Shown here: positions 63,054 to 64,000 of the stretch, piece after piece
How the letters are laid out: every line of letters begins with the position of its first letter
Numbering within the stretch: the first letter of the stretch is position 1
Assembly (NCBI GenBank): GCA_963785725.1
Contig: CAWAWS010000015.1
Location: forward strand, 128,001 to 192,000
Length of the DNA stretch: 64,000 bases
Direction: 5' to 3'
Source of the DNA: an uncultured delta proteobacterium
GTDB taxonomy: Bacteria; Myxococcota_A; Polyangia; Palsa-1104
Notes under the pieces: model-generated
Told to the model about the DNA's origin: nothing
The model's database searches: none
The model's input: the letters and a program-made list of their open reading frames with translations, nothing else
Translations under genes and position numbers: made by a program

Positions 63054-64000
63054 ATGAACCGATTCGGCGCCATTCGTAACCAATTCCTCGTCATTTGCTT
63101 CGCTGCCAGCTGCGCGCCTTCGGGCGGCGAGCGGCGCGGCGTGTCGTCGGCCGGCCTCGACCTGTCGGCGATGGATCAGTCGGTCAAGCCGGGCGACGAC
63201 TTCTTCGCCTACGCCAACGGCCGCTGGTTCAAGGGCCACGCGATCCCCGCCGACAAAGCCGGCGACGGCGTGGGCGCCGAGCTCGCCGAGCTGACCGCCA
63301 AGCGCACGGCCGCGCTCATCGCCGAGACGGCGAAGACCGACGCGCCGCCCGGTTCGGACGCGCGCAAGATCGGCGACTACTACGCGACGTTCATCGACGA
63401 GGCGGCCATCGAAGCGGCGGGGCTCAAGCCGCTGCAGCCGGCGCTCGCCCGCGTCGCCGCCATCACCGACGCCACGAGCCTGTCGCGCTATCTCGGCTCG
63501 ACGCTGCGCGCCGACGTCGACGTCCTCAACAACACGCGCTTCGACACCGATCACCTGTTCGGCCTGTGGGTCGCGCAGGATCTGAACGATCCGACGCGCT
63601 ACGCCGCGTTCCTCTTGCAAGGCGGCCTCGGGCTGCCCGATCGCGACTACTACCTCGACGCGACGCCGCGCGCGCAGACGCAGCGCACGCAGTACCAGCG
63701 CACATCGCCAACGTCTTGAAGCTGGCCGGCATCGCCGACGCCGACGGCAAAGCGGCGCGCATCTTCGCGCTCGAGAAGCGCATCGCCGAGGCGCACGCGC
63801 CGCGCATCGAGACCGAGGACGTGCAAAAGGGCAACAACCACTGGCCGCGCAGCGAGTTCGCGACGCGCGCCGCCGGCATCGACTGGGACGCGTTCTTCGT
63901 CGCCGCCGGGCTCGACACGCCGACGAGCTCGTCGCCTGGCAGCCGGCGGCGGTGACGGCGATCTCGGCGCTCGTGCGCTCGCAAGATGCTCGCAGACCTG
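63054..64000 (+). CDS. M13-family metallopeptidase, N-terminal part; frameshifts near 63700 and 63930; runs off window
   Basis: MDQSVKPGDDFFAYANGRW, KIGDYYATF, QGGLGLPDRDYY. Confidence 0.9.

Overview
Very GC-rich bacterial DNA whose gene content (FHA-sigma54 activator, Ser/Thr kinase-TPR module, many Gly/Cys-rich lipoproteins, Wsp-like chemosensory cluster) points to a myxobacterium (Myxococcota; inference). About 55 CDSs can be supported: a CYP102-type P450-reductase fusion running off the left edge, a cheW-cheR-cheW-mcp-cheA-cheB-HK operon, two hybrid kinases, a GH18 chitinase, astB, two tandem TolC-like genes, two EmrAB-type efflux operons, an FG-GAP gene followed by an FHA-EBP/Ser-Thr kinase/TPR/Kelch cluster, a fascin-thaumatin fusion, an Omp85-like barrel coupled to a kinase-like lipoprotein, a copper storage protein, PLD, expansin, PP2C, amtB and an M13 peptidase. 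Eight genes carry small indels, most likely sequencing errors. I saw no rRNA, tRNA, CRISPR array, transposase or prophage. The strongest leads are (1) a palindrome TGTCTCG-N4-CGAGACG/CGATACA upstream of the chitinase, the FHA-sigma54 activator and the thaumatin gene, paired in two cases with sigma54-like promoters, (2) the Omp85 plus exported atypical-kinase gene pair, and (3) a 150-bp ERIC-like MITE overlapping a stop codon. All calls rest on reading motifs by eye; no database searches were run.
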